A DNA stretch of 64,000 nt from Okeania sp. SIO1H2. GTDB taxonomy: Bacteria > Cyanobacteriota > Cyanobacteriia > Cyanobacteriales > Microcoleaceae. Positions 8,510-18,796 of the stretch are shown here, one piece after another. The stretch covers positions 7,773 to 71,772 of the forward strand of contig NZ_JAAHGA010000036.1 in NCBI RefSeq assembly GCF_010672685.1, written 5' to 3'. The notes beneath the pieces were generated by a model. It was given only the letters and a program-made list of their open reading frames with translations, ran no database searches and was not told the DNA's origin. How positions within the stretch are numbered: position 1 is the first letter of the stretch; every line of letters begins with the position of its first letter. The position numbers and the translations under genes were made by a program.

Positions 8510-9766
8510 TCATCGATAAACTGGTAAAGTAAACTGAAAACAACTACCATTATTTGGACTAGACTCTACCCAAATTTTGCCGTAGTGGGATAAAATAATC
8601 CTTTGACATAAAGCTAGACCAATACCATAACCTTCTTGTGACTCATCACGCTTGAGTCTAAAACTATCTTCAAAAATACGACCGTGATTTTCTTTAGGAA
8701 TACCAGGACCACTATCACAAATTGTCACTTGAATCTTTTGAGTAGTGCGATCGAGGATTAAAACCTGTATTTTTCCTTGTTTAGGAGTATACTTTATGGC
8801 ATTATCCAGCAAATTAACTATTACCTGACGTATTCTTTCTCGGTCAGCATAAACTAACGGTAAATCATTAGGAATATCCGTTTTCAACTGCAAATCTTTT
8901 GACTTAAGTCGGTCTCGAAAACTAATTATCACCTCGCGACACAATGCCCCCAAATCTAATTTTTCAGGCTGAATTTGTAACTGCGTACTTTTGCCTCTTG
9001 GCCTCTCCAGAATATCTGTAATCATTCTGTCAATCACACGAACTTGGTAACGTGCCTGCTTAATTAGCCTTTCCATAAGAGTCGGAGAGCTTCTAGGAAA
9101 CTCACTATTAACAGTTTTTTGAGTTGATTCTAAAGTCTCTAGAGCCAATGAAACTGCTGTCAGAGGGTTGCGTAAGTCATGAGCCAACATGGCCACAATA
9201 CGGTCTTTAAATCTTAGTTGAGCTTGAAGTTGTTCCTTTTCCTGTTTGAGACGAAAAATTTCATCTGACATTTGCATTAATTCTGCAGCACAGTCGATGG
9301 AATTAACAGATAATTTTTGATTAACAACCTGTTTAGACTGAGGTTGAGAGTTATGAGTGTGCCAATATTCGGCGATGGAACGTTGCCAGCGTGGCCACCA
9401 ATATTCCAATTTGGCAATTAAATCTGTACCAGTTAGGGTTTGTCTCGGTTCAGGATAAATTTTGAGTAGAGCAGGAGTAGCAATTAACTTGAAGTGCTCT
9501 GCCATATAGGGTTGCTCTTGTACGTCAATGACTTGAAATTCAAAGGGATAATCATAATCTTTTTCTAAATTGTTGAGGGACTTACGAATGGCTTGAATTT
9601 GCTCTTGAGAGCCAGGACGTTTGTTGATAAACAATAAAATCTGTAAAAATCCCTGCTCATTACTATTATTATTATTATTAGATTTTTCTGAAGACACCTG
9701 TAAAAAATTTCTAGGTAAGTGGGATAGGCTATTAGCATCTCTTTTGCAAATAGAATAATTTACCAT
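8510..9766 (-). CDS. sasA: Sensor histidine kinase with N-terminal KaiB-like (thioredoxin-fold) domain, SasA-like
   Basis: N-terminal 'LQILLFINKRPGSQEQIQAIRKSL...FEFQVIDVQEQPYMAEHFKLIATPALLKIYPEP' resembles KaiB/SasA-N. H-box 'LAHDLRNPLTAV'. HATPase N/G boxes 'NLLDNAIKYT' and 'DSGPGIP...GYGIGLAL'. Confidence 0.7.
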   Translation of the reverse strand: MVNYSICKRDANSLSHLPRNFLQVSSEKSNNNNNSNEQGFLQILLFINKRPGSQEQIQAIRKSLNNLEKDYDYPFEFQVIDVQEQPYMAEHFKLIATPALLKIYPEPRQTLTGTDLIAKLEYWWPRWQRSIAEYWHTHNSQPQSKQVVNQKLSVNSIDCAAELMQMSDEIFRLKQEKEQLQAQLRFKDRIVAMLAHDLRNPLTAVSLALETLESTQKTVNSEFPRSSPTLMERLIKQARYQVRVIDRMITDILERPRGKSTQLQIQPEKLDLGALCREVIISFRDRLKSKDLQLKTDIPNDLPLVYADRERIRQVIVNLLDNAIKYTPKQGKIQVLILDRTTQKIQVTICDSGPGIPKENHGRIFEDSFRLKRDESQEGYGIGLALCQRIILSHYGKIWVESSPNNGSCFQFTLPVYR

Positions 9767-10211
9767 TTAGTAGTAATCCATATTGAATATTCCCGCCTAC
9801 CTAGATACTTGGCCCTATGCTGTAAGCGGGGCGGGGTTTACCACTTACGATTAAAAAACTAATTGGATGAATTTTATATTTTTCTATTAATGGCCTATAA
9901 AAGAAAATTAGTTTCTGAGATAATTTAATATCTATTTCATATTGTGACACTAATACTTTCAATTCGCGTTCTAGAGTATATTGAGATTATCTAATGCTGA
10001 CTTGACATAATTGATATTTTATAGTAAGTGAATACAGATAAATCTTACCAGTGGTTATGATGACTCAAGTGAGGGAGAATTTTCTGGTAAGTGGTATACT
10101 GCAAGCTTAAATTTTATAGTAGTTGGAGGTTTGCTGAGGATACTCTCAGAACTTCATGTCTCAGTTGTCAAAAAAATGTAATTTTAAATTTTGAAATATT
10201 GCTAAAAATGG

Positions 10212-11864
10212 ATGAAGTTGGTTAGCTGGCAAAAAAATCAGTCCCTCAGAGTGGTGCTTGTGGCGGCGATCGCCTTCTTTGTTCTCTGTCTATTATTTAA
10301 TTTGCACCGCTATTATAGTTTTTACGCCTCTTACGACCAAGGTATATTTAACCAGGTCTTTTGGAATAGTATACACGGTCGTTTTTTTCAAAGTTCTCTC
10401 TCTTCTGCTCTTTCTACAAATGTAGTTCACCAAGGCCAAGTACCAGAAGTATACTATCACCGCTTAGGCCAACATTTTACTCCAGCTCTATTATTGTGGT
10501 TGCCAATATATGCTCTATTTCCATATCCTGTCACCCTAACAGTATTACAGGTCACATTAGTTACTGGTGCTGGTTTAGTTTTATACATTTTAGCTAGGCA
10601 CTATCTCCAGCCACCCTTATCAGCCATAATTACCATTAGCTTCTATTGTGCTAATGCAGTAATTGGCCCTACTCTCGGAAATTTCCATGATATTTGTCAG
10701 ATACCTATATTTGTATTTAGCTTACTACTGGCAATGGAAAAACGCTGGTGGCCTCTATTTTGGATTTTAGTAGTATTAATTTTAGCTGTTAGAGAAGATG
10801 CAGGAGTAGTTTTATTTGGAGTAGGATTCTATCTAATTTTGAGTAAACGCTACCCCAAAATAGGTTTAGCTATTTGTACTTTCAGTTTTGTTTATATGGT
10901 AGCTTTAACAAATCTGATTATGCCCCTATTTTCCGAAGACATTTCCCAGAGATTTATGATGGAAAGATTCGGTCAATATGCAGAAGGAGATGAAGCTTCG
11001 ACTTTGGAAATTATTTGGGGTATGATTAGTAACCCTTGGCGGTTAATAGCAGAAATTTTCACTCCATTTTTTGGCACTATCAAGTATTTATTAGGTCAAT
11101 GGTTACCTTTAGCATTTGTACCTGCTGTTGCTCCCGCTTCTTGGATGATAGCAGGGTTTCCTTTACTGAAATTATTTTCTGCTCAAGGTTTGTCTGTACT
11201 GTCAATTACAATTCGCTACGCTATGACAGTAGTACCTGGATTATTTTACGGTGCAATTCTATGGTGGGGAAAGAGAGAATCAGAAGTTGAAAACTCACCA
11301 CTGCCATCAGGAAAGTTTCGCCGTTTTTGGGTAATTTGTATTTGCTTGTCGCTATTTTTTACATTTACATCTAATCCTAATCGCACTTTTTATTTTTTAG
11401 TACCAGATTCAGTTAAACCTTGGGTTTATGTTCCCGCACACCAACAATGGCAACACGTTGGTAAAATGCGACCATTGTTAGGAAAAATTCCTGATGATGC
11501 AAGTGTGGCAGCAACAACTTATATTATTCCTCACTTATCAAGTCGTCGAGCAATTTTGCGGTTTCCTAGAATGCAATTTAGAAATGATGCTAGAGAGGTG
11601 GAAAAGGTGCAATATATTATTGTTGATCTGTGGCGGTTGAATAGATATCGGGTCGCATTTAAGAGCGATCGCCAACGGTTAGAGAAAATTGTACCGCGAA
11701 TTGAAGAACTTTATAATTCTGGTGAATATGGAATTACTGATTTTAGAGATGGTGTGGTTTTGATGGAAAAAGGAGTAGTTTCTGATTTGGATGCTCTGGA
11801 TGGATGGGAAAATTTCCGCATGAAGAAGGAGTCAGGAGACAGGAGTCAGGAGTCAGTCAAGTAG
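10212..11864 (+). CDS. Polytopic integral membrane protein (possibly DUF2079-like); function unknown
   Basis: At least 10 hydrophobic segments and no catalytic motif recognised. 550 aa. Confidence 0.45.
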   Translation: MKLVSWQKNQSLRVVLVAAIAFFVLCLLFNLHRYYSFYASYDQGIFNQVFWNSIHGRFFQSSLSSALSTNVVHQGQVPEVYYHRLGQHFTPALLLWLPIYALFPYPVTLTVLQVTLVTGAGLVLYILARHYLQPPLSAIITISFYCANAVIGPTLGNFHDICQIPIFVFSLLLAMEKRWWPLFWILVVLILAVREDAGVVLFGVGFYLILSKRYPKIGLAICTFSFVYMVALTNLIMPLFSEDISQRFMMERFGQYAEGDEASTLEIIWGMISNPWRLIAEIFTPFFGTIKYLLGQWLPLAFVPAVAPASWMIAGFPLLKLFSAQGLSVLSITIRYAMTVVPGLFYGAILWWGKRESEVENSPLPSGKFRRFWVICICLSLFFTFTSNPNRTFYFLVPDSVKPWVYVPAHQQWQHVGKMRPLLGKIPDDASVAATTYIIPHLSSRRAILRFPRMQFRNDAREVEKVQYIIVDLWRLNRYRVAFKSDRQRLEKIVPRIEELYNSGEYGITDFRDGVVLMEKGVVSDLDALDGWENFRMKKESGDRSQESVK

Positions 11865-12065
11865 GTTGTGTTAGCGTTTGCGCAGTATTCCGCACCGAAA
11901 GCGTAACGCACCGAGATCTTTGAGATAGCTACAAACTATTCAACGGTGCGTTACGGCGCAACGTAATATTTGACAGTTCAACAGTATTTTGTAGTAAGCG
12001 CCTAACTCACCCTACTGTACTACTACGGAGGCGATGGCACTGACTCCTTAAATTAACAATGAGTA

Positions 12066-12150
12066 ATCTTCTTGAAGAAGGCAGAAGGCAGAAGGCAGAA
12101 GGCAGAAGGCAGAAGGCAGAAGGCAGAAGGCAGAAGGCAGAAGGCAGAAG
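12066..12150. repeat. (GAAGGCA)n heptanucleotide tandem array (~11 units) followed by a GGGGTATTAAACCC element
   Basis: Perfect heptamer repetition, with the conserved motif at 12204-12240. ORFs 12007..12192 and 12048..12242 are repeat artefacts. Confidence 0.85.
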
Positions 12151-12305
12151 GGAAAATTGTTTGGGGTTAGAATCCCAAACAATTTTAAGCACCCCCGTTG
12201 ACGGTGGGGTATTAAACCCATAAGGGAAAAGATAAATTTCAAATCAGATGAGGAGAACTTTTATTAGAAAAATTTGCTGCTCCTCCGGAAGATGTCTTAG
12301 GAGAA

Positions 12306-12569
12306 TTGTCTTATTTTGAAATGGGAATTAGGCGTTTTTGTTACTGGTGCGATCGCCCCATCTTGATCGAAATAGGCAAAGAACAAATCAAAGTATTTTT
12401 AGACCCCGATATCTCTATGCTCCTGGAAGAAGATTTACCTACAAAAATCCACCAGTTATCGCGAGGGGAAACAATACGGTTAGAATTTGTTGATAGTTTT
12501 TGCCTCACAATAGAATTAGTACCTCTTGGCAACAAGGTTAACTGCAACTTACGATATTTTGGCTATTGA
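12306..12569 (+). CDS. Hypothetical protein
   Basis: 87-aa ORF with no recognisable motif. Confidence 0.25.
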   Translation: MSYFEMGIRRFCYWCDRPILIEIGKEQIKVFLDPDISMLLEEDLPTKIHQLSRGETIRLEFVDSFCLTIELVPLGNKVNCNLRYFGY

Positions 12570-13002
12570 GATAGCAATAAAAACTTTTCTCTAGATAGCA
12601 GTTACAAACAATATTTCCTTGAGAGTAGGGAGTAGGAAGTAGGGAGTAGGGTGAAAAGAGGTAAGATATCTTGGTTTAATGCCGATAATCGTTATAAACA
12701 TTACTAAACGATTATTATTACTTAATAACTGAAGTTCATCGGAAGTATAGCATTAATGCATGGTAATTGATATGAGACCTATTAAAAGAACAAGGTAAAG
12801 GAGAAGATGTAGAAAAAATCGAGAAAGCAATACAAAGAACTCAAGCAGAATCTTAAGAGAAATATAGGTAAAAAAATATAGCGGTTTGTGATTAATTTAT
12901 ATGCAAACCACTATTTTTTTGTTAGTTTTTCAGGCAAAGCATTGCTAATGCTACAGTTGTTATTGCCTTGATTAGGAAAACAGTGTCACCTTATCCATTA
13001 GA

Positions 13003-13767
13003 CTATACAGCGAAAGTATCTACAAATACTGAACCTGTCGTGTTACCATTAATAGTTGAGAGTGATAAAGTAGTGTCGTCACTTTGCGGGAATGTGAACC
13101 CATCTAATAGATCGTTATACAATGTGTGAGCGTAGCTGTGATTACCTACAAAACTAAAGGAACCTGGTTGGAATAGATCGTCCCAGTTAATATATACATC
13201 TAAGTCAGCTAATGGGTCATCGTATCCCAATGTACTGCTTGTATGGAAAGCAACAACTCTATCCGCATCACTTGGATCTAAGCGATCGTCTGTGGGGTTA
13301 GCACTAGAGAACCAACCTCCTTCAAACTCAGGACCTGCTGGATCGAGACCAATAAGTTGATCGACTTCGCCACTTCGTTCGCGAAATTCTTCTCCTGCTT
13401 CACCCATCACATGAGCACCTAAACTGTGACCGATAAGAGTAGTATCGGTAGGATTAACACCTTGACTCAACAAATAGTCTGCTACCTCAACTCCCACATC
13501 ATCAACTCTATCAGCAGCAGCAAAATAATTGAGAGTATTAGCGCCTTCTTGCCAATCTACTAACAAAATGTTAGCATCATTGCCTTCCAAATCTCGTATA
13601 TTTTGTGCCATTTCTGACATCCAACTTTGAGGGGTGAAATTATTACCTGGATTTCCACCCGTACTTTGGAAACCATGTACGATTACATAAGTAGGATCGC
13701 TTGTGTCTATAGAGCGTGAATTATTTAATCCCCCATTATCCCAAGTATTAAAGAAAACATCTACCAT
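13003..13767 (-). CDS. Lipase-family α/β-hydrolase (pancreatic-lipase-like, GHSLG nucleophile elbow)
   Basis: 'TLIGHSLGAHVMGEAG' is a GxSxG motif. 'VIVHGFQSTGG' and 'LDPAGPEF' resemble the triacylglycerol lipase family. Confidence 0.65.
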   Translation of the reverse strand: MVDVFFNTWDNGGLNNSRSIDTSDPTYVIVHGFQSTGGNPGNNFTPQSWMSEMAQNIRDLEGNDANILLVDWQEGANTLNYFAAADRVDDVGVEVADYLLSQGVNPTDTTLIGHSLGAHVMGEAGEEFRERSGEVDQLIGLDPAGPEFEGGWFSSANPTDDRLDPSDADRVVAFHTSSTLGYDDPLADLDVYINWDDLFQPGSFSFVGNHSYAHTLYNDLLDGFTFPQSDDTTLSLSTINGNTTGSVFVDTFAV

Positions 13768-14238
13768 ATTTTTAGTTTGTTCTCATGTATAAGTGTTTAC
13801 TGAAAATATTATGCTTTGTGTTGAGTTCCATTTTGGAACTGCTACAATAGTCCTACAAACTTTTGCTGTGTAAGCACTAGCTATTGCTAGGCAAAAAAGC
13901 TAGGAATTATGGCTATGTCCAGTTTTGATGGATTTTTTCCATCTATATTATTTACAAGTTTTTTATAGCATTTTCAGGACGGGGGGCAAATATGCGTTGA
14001 AAAGGCTATATGTAGGGATTAATGTCCTTCGCTATCACTATTTCCTCCCTATCCTATATGCTCCCCCCCCAGGTGTCAACTACATTTTGCCTACTTCATC
14101 AAATCTTCATAATACTTATGTTCGATAAACTAAATAGGAGGCCCACCACAATCCCTGAGATTGCTTCCCTCCTCTCCGTTCCAGTCGCAATAACTTACAA
14201 TAACTAATAGTCCGAAGTAGTTGCGCAAACTAAATTTA

Positions 14239-16851
14239 TCACAAACTCATCGGATCGACATCCACAGTTAAACTTACCGCTGGCGGGCAAAAATTAATCA
14301 ACTTAGTCAAATCGGGTACATCCTCACATCCCGATAATAATTTTAACAAAATCTGCCACCGATAACGATTAGCGACTCTAGCAATAGGAGCAGGTGCAGG
14401 CCCCAATAAATCGTATTTTCCTGCTTCCGCTTTTTCCATTAACACACTTGCTAACTTTTGAGCAGTTACCGCTACTTCAGTCGGGTCATAACTACTCAAA
14501 CGCAACAAAATTAACCGCCCATAAGGAGGATATAGTAACTCTGCTCTCGTCTGTAATTCAGTCTCCACAAAAGACTCATAATCATTACGTTGCACTGCTT
14601 GAATCACAGGATGTTCGGGAGTATAAGTCTGAATAATTACCTGCCCCGGATTATCTCCACGACCAGCACGTCCCGCTACTTGCAACAATGTTTGAAAAGC
14701 ACGTTCATTGGCACGATAATCTGAAAAATGTAGTAACCCATCGGCAGAAACAACTCCTACTAATGTTACTTGGGCTAAATCTAAACCTTTGGTCAACATT
14801 TGAGTACCAATTAATAAATCTGCTTCTCCATTAGCAAACTGAGTTAACAATATTCGATGTGCATCTTTGGTGCGAGTAGTGTCGCTATCATATCTAATAC
14901 ATCGTAAATCGGGAAATTGTCTAGTTAACTCTTGAGTTACCTTTTGAGTACCACTGCCAAAAAATTTAAAAAAAGGAGAATCACATTCAGGGCAACGTTG
15001 GGGTTGTAGTTGAGTGTAATTGCAGTAATGACAACGTAACAGTTGAGTCCCCCCTTCGTGAGTATAATGATAGGAAAGTGAAACGTCGCAATGGGGACAT
15101 TCCATTACATAACCGCAACTACGACAAGATACAAATGTGCTGTGACCGCGACGGTGGATGAATAAAATGCCTTGTTGTTTTGTTTCCTGTAACTGTTGCA
15201 GTGCTTCTTGTAGAGGATAGCTGAACATTGTCCGGTTTCCCTGTCGCAGTTGTTGGCGCATATCCACTATTTCTATAGGTGGCATTGGTCGTGAGTGGAC
15301 GCGCTCTGGTAATGACAGGTAGTAGGTTTTAGGTGTTAGGTTTTGGGTGTTAGGTTTTGGGGAAACATTTTCATCTACATTTTCTCCTAGATTAAGATCT
15401 CCTTGACTCAAGTTTTCTGGGTGGTATTCTCTTGTTTCTAACCAACTTTCTAAAGAGGGTGTTGCGGAACCTAATATTAATGGGCAGTTTTCGAGTTCAG
15501 CTCGCCATTTTGCTACGGTGCGAGCATGATAACAAGGAGTGGGGCGGTCTTGTTTGAAACTATTATCGTGTTCTTCGTCTAATACAATTAAACCTAATTT
15601 TGGTAATGGAGCAAAGATGGCGGAGCGAGTGCCAATAATAACTTGAGGAATACCCCATGTCATATTACGCCAGGTATCGTAACGTTCCCCCGGAGACAGA
15701 GCGCTATGGTAAACGTAGACTTTGTTTCCGAAACGAGCGCGAAATCTATCGGTCAGTTGGGGTGTTAGACCAATTTCAGGAACAAGTACAAGAGCAGATT
15801 TGCCATTTTCCAGGATGGGAGCGATCGCCTGTAAGTATACTTCTGTTTTTCCAGACCCCGTAACTCCATGCAACAGCACTTGAGCAAATTCTTGTATTTG
15901 GGTAATAGTTGTTAATGCTTCTGCTTGATATGGGGTCAGTATTTTGATTTCATCTCTGATATTGCCTCTACCCTCTTCTCGTCGCAACACCTCCTGTGCT
16001 TCTATGATGACATAGCCTTTTTCTTCTAGTTTTCTGACCACAGAAGAATTAGTTTTGCAACTGTTAAGCAATTCAGTTAACCATGTTTCCCCACCGTTTC
16101 GCCGTAGTACTTCCATTACTTCTTGTTGACGTGGGGTTAAATCTCTCGGTAAGTTTTGAACAACTAAAGTTACAGCTTGTCTCAATTTTGGTTTTGGAGG
16201 AGAAGGAGGTTCGAGATAACTTTCTACCCAACCTCGTTGGAGTAAATCTTTTAATCCTCTGTTAGCACTTTTGACTTGACGTTGGATATATTGCCAGGTG
16301 TAATCTTTGGTTTTAGAATTTTGCAGAACTTCCAGAATTTTTTTAGCGGTAGCATTGAGAAAAATTTCTGCACCTGTTGGTATTGCTTCTTCTATAATGC
16401 GGATGCGTCGTTGACTACGTTTGAGTAACCCTGGTGGTAGAGCGGTGCGAATAACTCTAATAATAGGTGTTTGATAATAACTAGCAACTTTTTCTATAAG
16501 TTGCCAATAAGTGGGAGGGAAAAAACCTCTAGTAATAATGTCCGATACATTTTTGATGCGATCGCTCGTTAACCCTTCTGGTAGTTGGGAGGTTTTGCGA
16601 ATGGCGATCGCCCCTACCTGTTGACTGCCAAAGGGTACTGTTAAAATGTCTCCTGGTTGAATGTCCAGATCGGGAGGTATTTTGTAGGTAAATAACTTTT
16701 CCTCATCTTCAGCATCATCTGTTGAAGTTTTGAAAGGAACATCAACTAAAACTTCCACCCACTCTTGCGACTCTTGAGGATGGTTGTTCATGTAAGACGA
16801 TCCAGGTTCAGCCAATATTGGTTTTGAGAGTGCTTGAGTAGTTTGGGACAT
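14239..16851 (-). CDS. priA: Primosomal protein N' (PriA replication-restart helicase)
   Basis: Helicase motif I 'GVTGSGKTEVY'. DEAH-like 'LDEEHD'. Zinc-binding cysteine cluster 'CRSCGYVMECPHC...CHYCNYTQ...CPECDS'. It contains an in-frame tandem (GGTTTTAGGTGTTA)-type insert at about 15296-15365. Confidence 0.9.
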   Translation of the reverse strand: MSQTTQALSKPILAEPGSSYMNNHPQESQEWVEVLVDVPFKTSTDDAEDEEKLFTYKIPPDLDIQPGDILTVPFGSQQVGAIAIRKTSQLPEGLTSDRIKNVSDIITRGFFPPTYWQLIEKVASYYQTPIIRVIRTALPPGLLKRSQRRIRIIEEAIPTGAEIFLNATAKKILEVLQNSKTKDYTWQYIQRQVKSANRGLKDLLQRGWVESYLEPPSPPKPKLRQAVTLVVQNLPRDLTPRQQEVMEVLRRNGGETWLTELLNSCKTNSSVVRKLEEKGYVIIEAQEVLRREEGRGNIRDEIKILTPYQAEALTTITQIQEFAQVLLHGVTGSGKTEVYLQAIAPILENGKSALVLVPEIGLTPQLTDRFRARFGNKVYVYHSALSPGERYDTWRNMTWGIPQVIIGTRSAIFAPLPKLGLIVLDEEHDNSFKQDRPTPCYHARTVAKWRAELENCPLILGSATPSLESWLETREYHPENLSQGDLNLGENVDENVSPKPNTQNLTPKTYYLSLPERVHSRPMPPIEIVDMRQQLRQGNRTMFSYPLQEALQQLQETKQQGILFIHRRGHSTFVSCRSCGYVMECPHCDVSLSYHYTHEGGTQLLRCHYCNYTQLQPQRCPECDSPFFKFFGSGTQKVTQELTRQFPDLRCIRYDSDTTRTKDAHRILLTQFANGEADLLIGTQMLTKGLDLAQVTLVGVVSADGLLHFSDYRANERAFQTLLQVAGRAGRGDNPGQVIIQTYTPEHPVIQAVQRNDYESFVETELQTRAELLYPPYGRLILLRLSSYDPTEVAVTAQKLASVLMEKAEAGKYDLLGPAPAPIARVANRYRWQILLKLLSGCEDVPDLTKLINFCPPAVSLTVDVDPMSL

Positions 16852-17415
16852 TTTGCCAAATTAACTAGAGGACAAGTAGGGTGTTTTGCTAATGTATCTC
16901 CCTAAATTTGTTTGCACTAGCTTACTATATCTGGCAAGATTTTGCTAGCAACGTCATGGATGTTTTAGGGAAGTTCCATGGTATGAAACATTTATATAGT
17001 ATTCGGATAATTAGTTATCGTATAACTCAGGAGTCAGGAGAAAGGAAGCAGAAAGGAAGCAGAAAGGAGGGAAAAATCTGGGGATATTCCGGCATTTTAT
17101 GTGTGCATTGAATGGAAGTAGAGAGTGCGATAACTATATAACCGGATTTTATATTACAGCAGTTTTCGAGTTGATCAGGTACAAGGTACAAGGTACAAAG
17201 TTTTATGCTTTTAGGGAATAGAGAACAGGGAACAGCGGTGCCACCCCGCGTCAGCGACAGACGCAAGCGGTCGGAATCCGTCTTTTGCTCCCGCAAAGCT
17301 CCGCTTTATATGTTGCAGAGCAAAAGGTAAACTACAGACAAAATATAAGTATCTTTGAAGTTTAATAATTACAGACTTAATAACTGTATTCTATGTTAAT
17401 GAAAACTGCTATAAA

Positions 17416-17562
17416 ATGACGGTTATTTAAGTTTTTATGGATAGATATAGAATCAGAAATACTGGGCGATCGCTCTGTTAAAATTATAGCGTTAGCGGAG
17501 CTTTGCGTCAGCAATCGCTCTATTTGCAATGCGCCATATATAGTGTCTTTCCCTAAGTCCTG
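17416..17562. repeat. ~150-bp dispersed element ending in the MITE-type terminus '...ATATATAGTGTCTTTCCCTAAGTCCTG'; direct duplicate of 17758-17903
   Basis: The two copies are about 90% identical and lie 340 bp apart. The right end matches the TIR of the MITEs at 34028-34191 and 36213-36487. Confidence 0.7.
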
Positions 17563-17757
17563 ACTATTTATCAACTCAAACATCAATTATTATCCAAATA
17601 TCTAGTATCAGAGCTCAAATATCCTAGGCGTTGGTGATGCGTGGTTATGATTGTGCTTGAATGGCAATTGTCTAACTATTAACTGAAAAACATTTTATAT
17701 TTGGCTAAATTTAGGTTTCATAGCTTGATTCACCAACGCCATATCCTACAATTAAAA

Positions 17758-17903
17758 TGACGGTTATTTAAGTTTTTATGGATAGATATAGAATCAAAAA
17801 TAGTAGGTGATCGCTGACAAAAATCATAGCGTTAGCGGAGCTTTGCGTCAGCAATCGCTCTATTTACCATGCGCTATATATAGTGTCTTTGCGTAAGTCC
17901 TGA
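17758..17903. repeat. Second copy of the ~150-bp element (partial MITE, right TIR only)
   Basis: 'ATGACGGTTATTTAAGTTTTTATGGATAGATATAGAATCA...GCGTTAGCGGAGCTTTGCGTCAGCAATCGCTCTATTT...TATATATAGTGTCTTTGCGTAAGTCCTG'. Confidence 0.7.
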
Positions 17904-17980
17904 TGTATTTAATTTAATTGCTGAATTTAATTGCTGTAAATATGTCGGCGACAGTCGAAACAGACCGTAGAGCATGTCAA

Positions 17981-18382
17981 TTAATGTGGATTTTTTTTCA
18001 GAGCAGTAATAATCTGACTATTTGCTTGAGGAAATGTAAATTGCTCGATATTATCTAAAGTTACCCACTTAAACTCATCACATTCTATAGTTTTTGGTGT
18101 TCCCCGCAAATAGCGACAATGATAGACATGAAGTGTTACTTTAACTTCAGAATAACTATGTTCTATAGTAATTAAATGTTCTTCTACTGCAATCTCAATT
18201 CCTAACTCCTCTAAGATTTCTCTTTTAATACAATCTTCTATTGTTTCCCCTGCTTCTATTTTGCCACCTGGAAATTCCCATAAACCGCCAAATGCACCCC
18301 CAGGTAGTCGTTTATCAATTAAAATTTGTCCTGCTTCATTCCAGATGACAGCAACACCAATTAACTTATGAGGCAATATCAT
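17981..18382 (-). CDS. Nudix hydrolase (MutT-like (d)NTP pyrophosphohydrolase)
   Basis: Nudix box 'GGKIEAGETIEDCIKREILEELGIE'. Confidence 0.8.
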   Translation of the reverse strand: MILPHKLIGVAVIWNEAGQILIDKRLPGGAFGGLWEFPGGKIEAGETIEDCIKREILEELGIEIAVEEHLITIEHSYSEVKVTLHVYHCRYLRGTPKTIECDEFKWVTLDNIEQFTFPQANSQIITALKKNPH

Positions 18383-18454
18383 ATTTTAATCTTTTCTATT
18401 TCAAACAAAAATCCCCTGGTTAATTAACCAAGAGGACGATCAAAACTTAATTAA

Positions 18455-18796
18455 TTAACCTTCATTATTGCTGATTTGATTTCCTGGCAAAGATTTTTCA
18501 AATGTCATTCTCTGTTCAGCATTTCTGAGAAAATAACCACTGATCATTGCTGAAGCTAATAACTTACCTAAATTTTCTCTACTGGTTGTTACACTTACAT
18601 TAAATTGTTCTGAGGGTAGATTGCCTAAAAGTCCAACAATGTTTCTTTCCATCACTTGAAAAACTTCTTGAGAATTTGGCTTTGATAATTGAGAAACTGT
18701 GTCTGAACTCATAGATTGGACATATTCCCAGAGTAAATTACTTCCTTCTGAACTTTCTTCAAAAAACTCTCGGGTTTGATTTCTTCTATTGGTCAC
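18455..18796 (-). CDS. Conserved hypothetical protein (cyanobacterial/plastid-type small acidic protein)
   Basis: 113-aa ORF with good coding appearance and no assignable motif. Confidence 0.35.
   Translation of the reverse strand: MTNRRNQTREFFEESSEGSNLLWEYVQSMSSDTVSQLSKPNSQEVFQVMERNIVGLLGNLPSEQFNVSVTTSRENLGKLLASAMISGYFLRNAEQRMTFEKSLPGNQISNNEG

Noticed and set aside
9780-9850. GC-rich inverted repeat 'CCCGCCTACC...AGCGGGGCGGGG' upstream of sasA, as a possible terminator or riboswitch
   Set aside because: It has a long loop and no U-tract, and sits between divergent genes. It cannot be classified from sequence alone.
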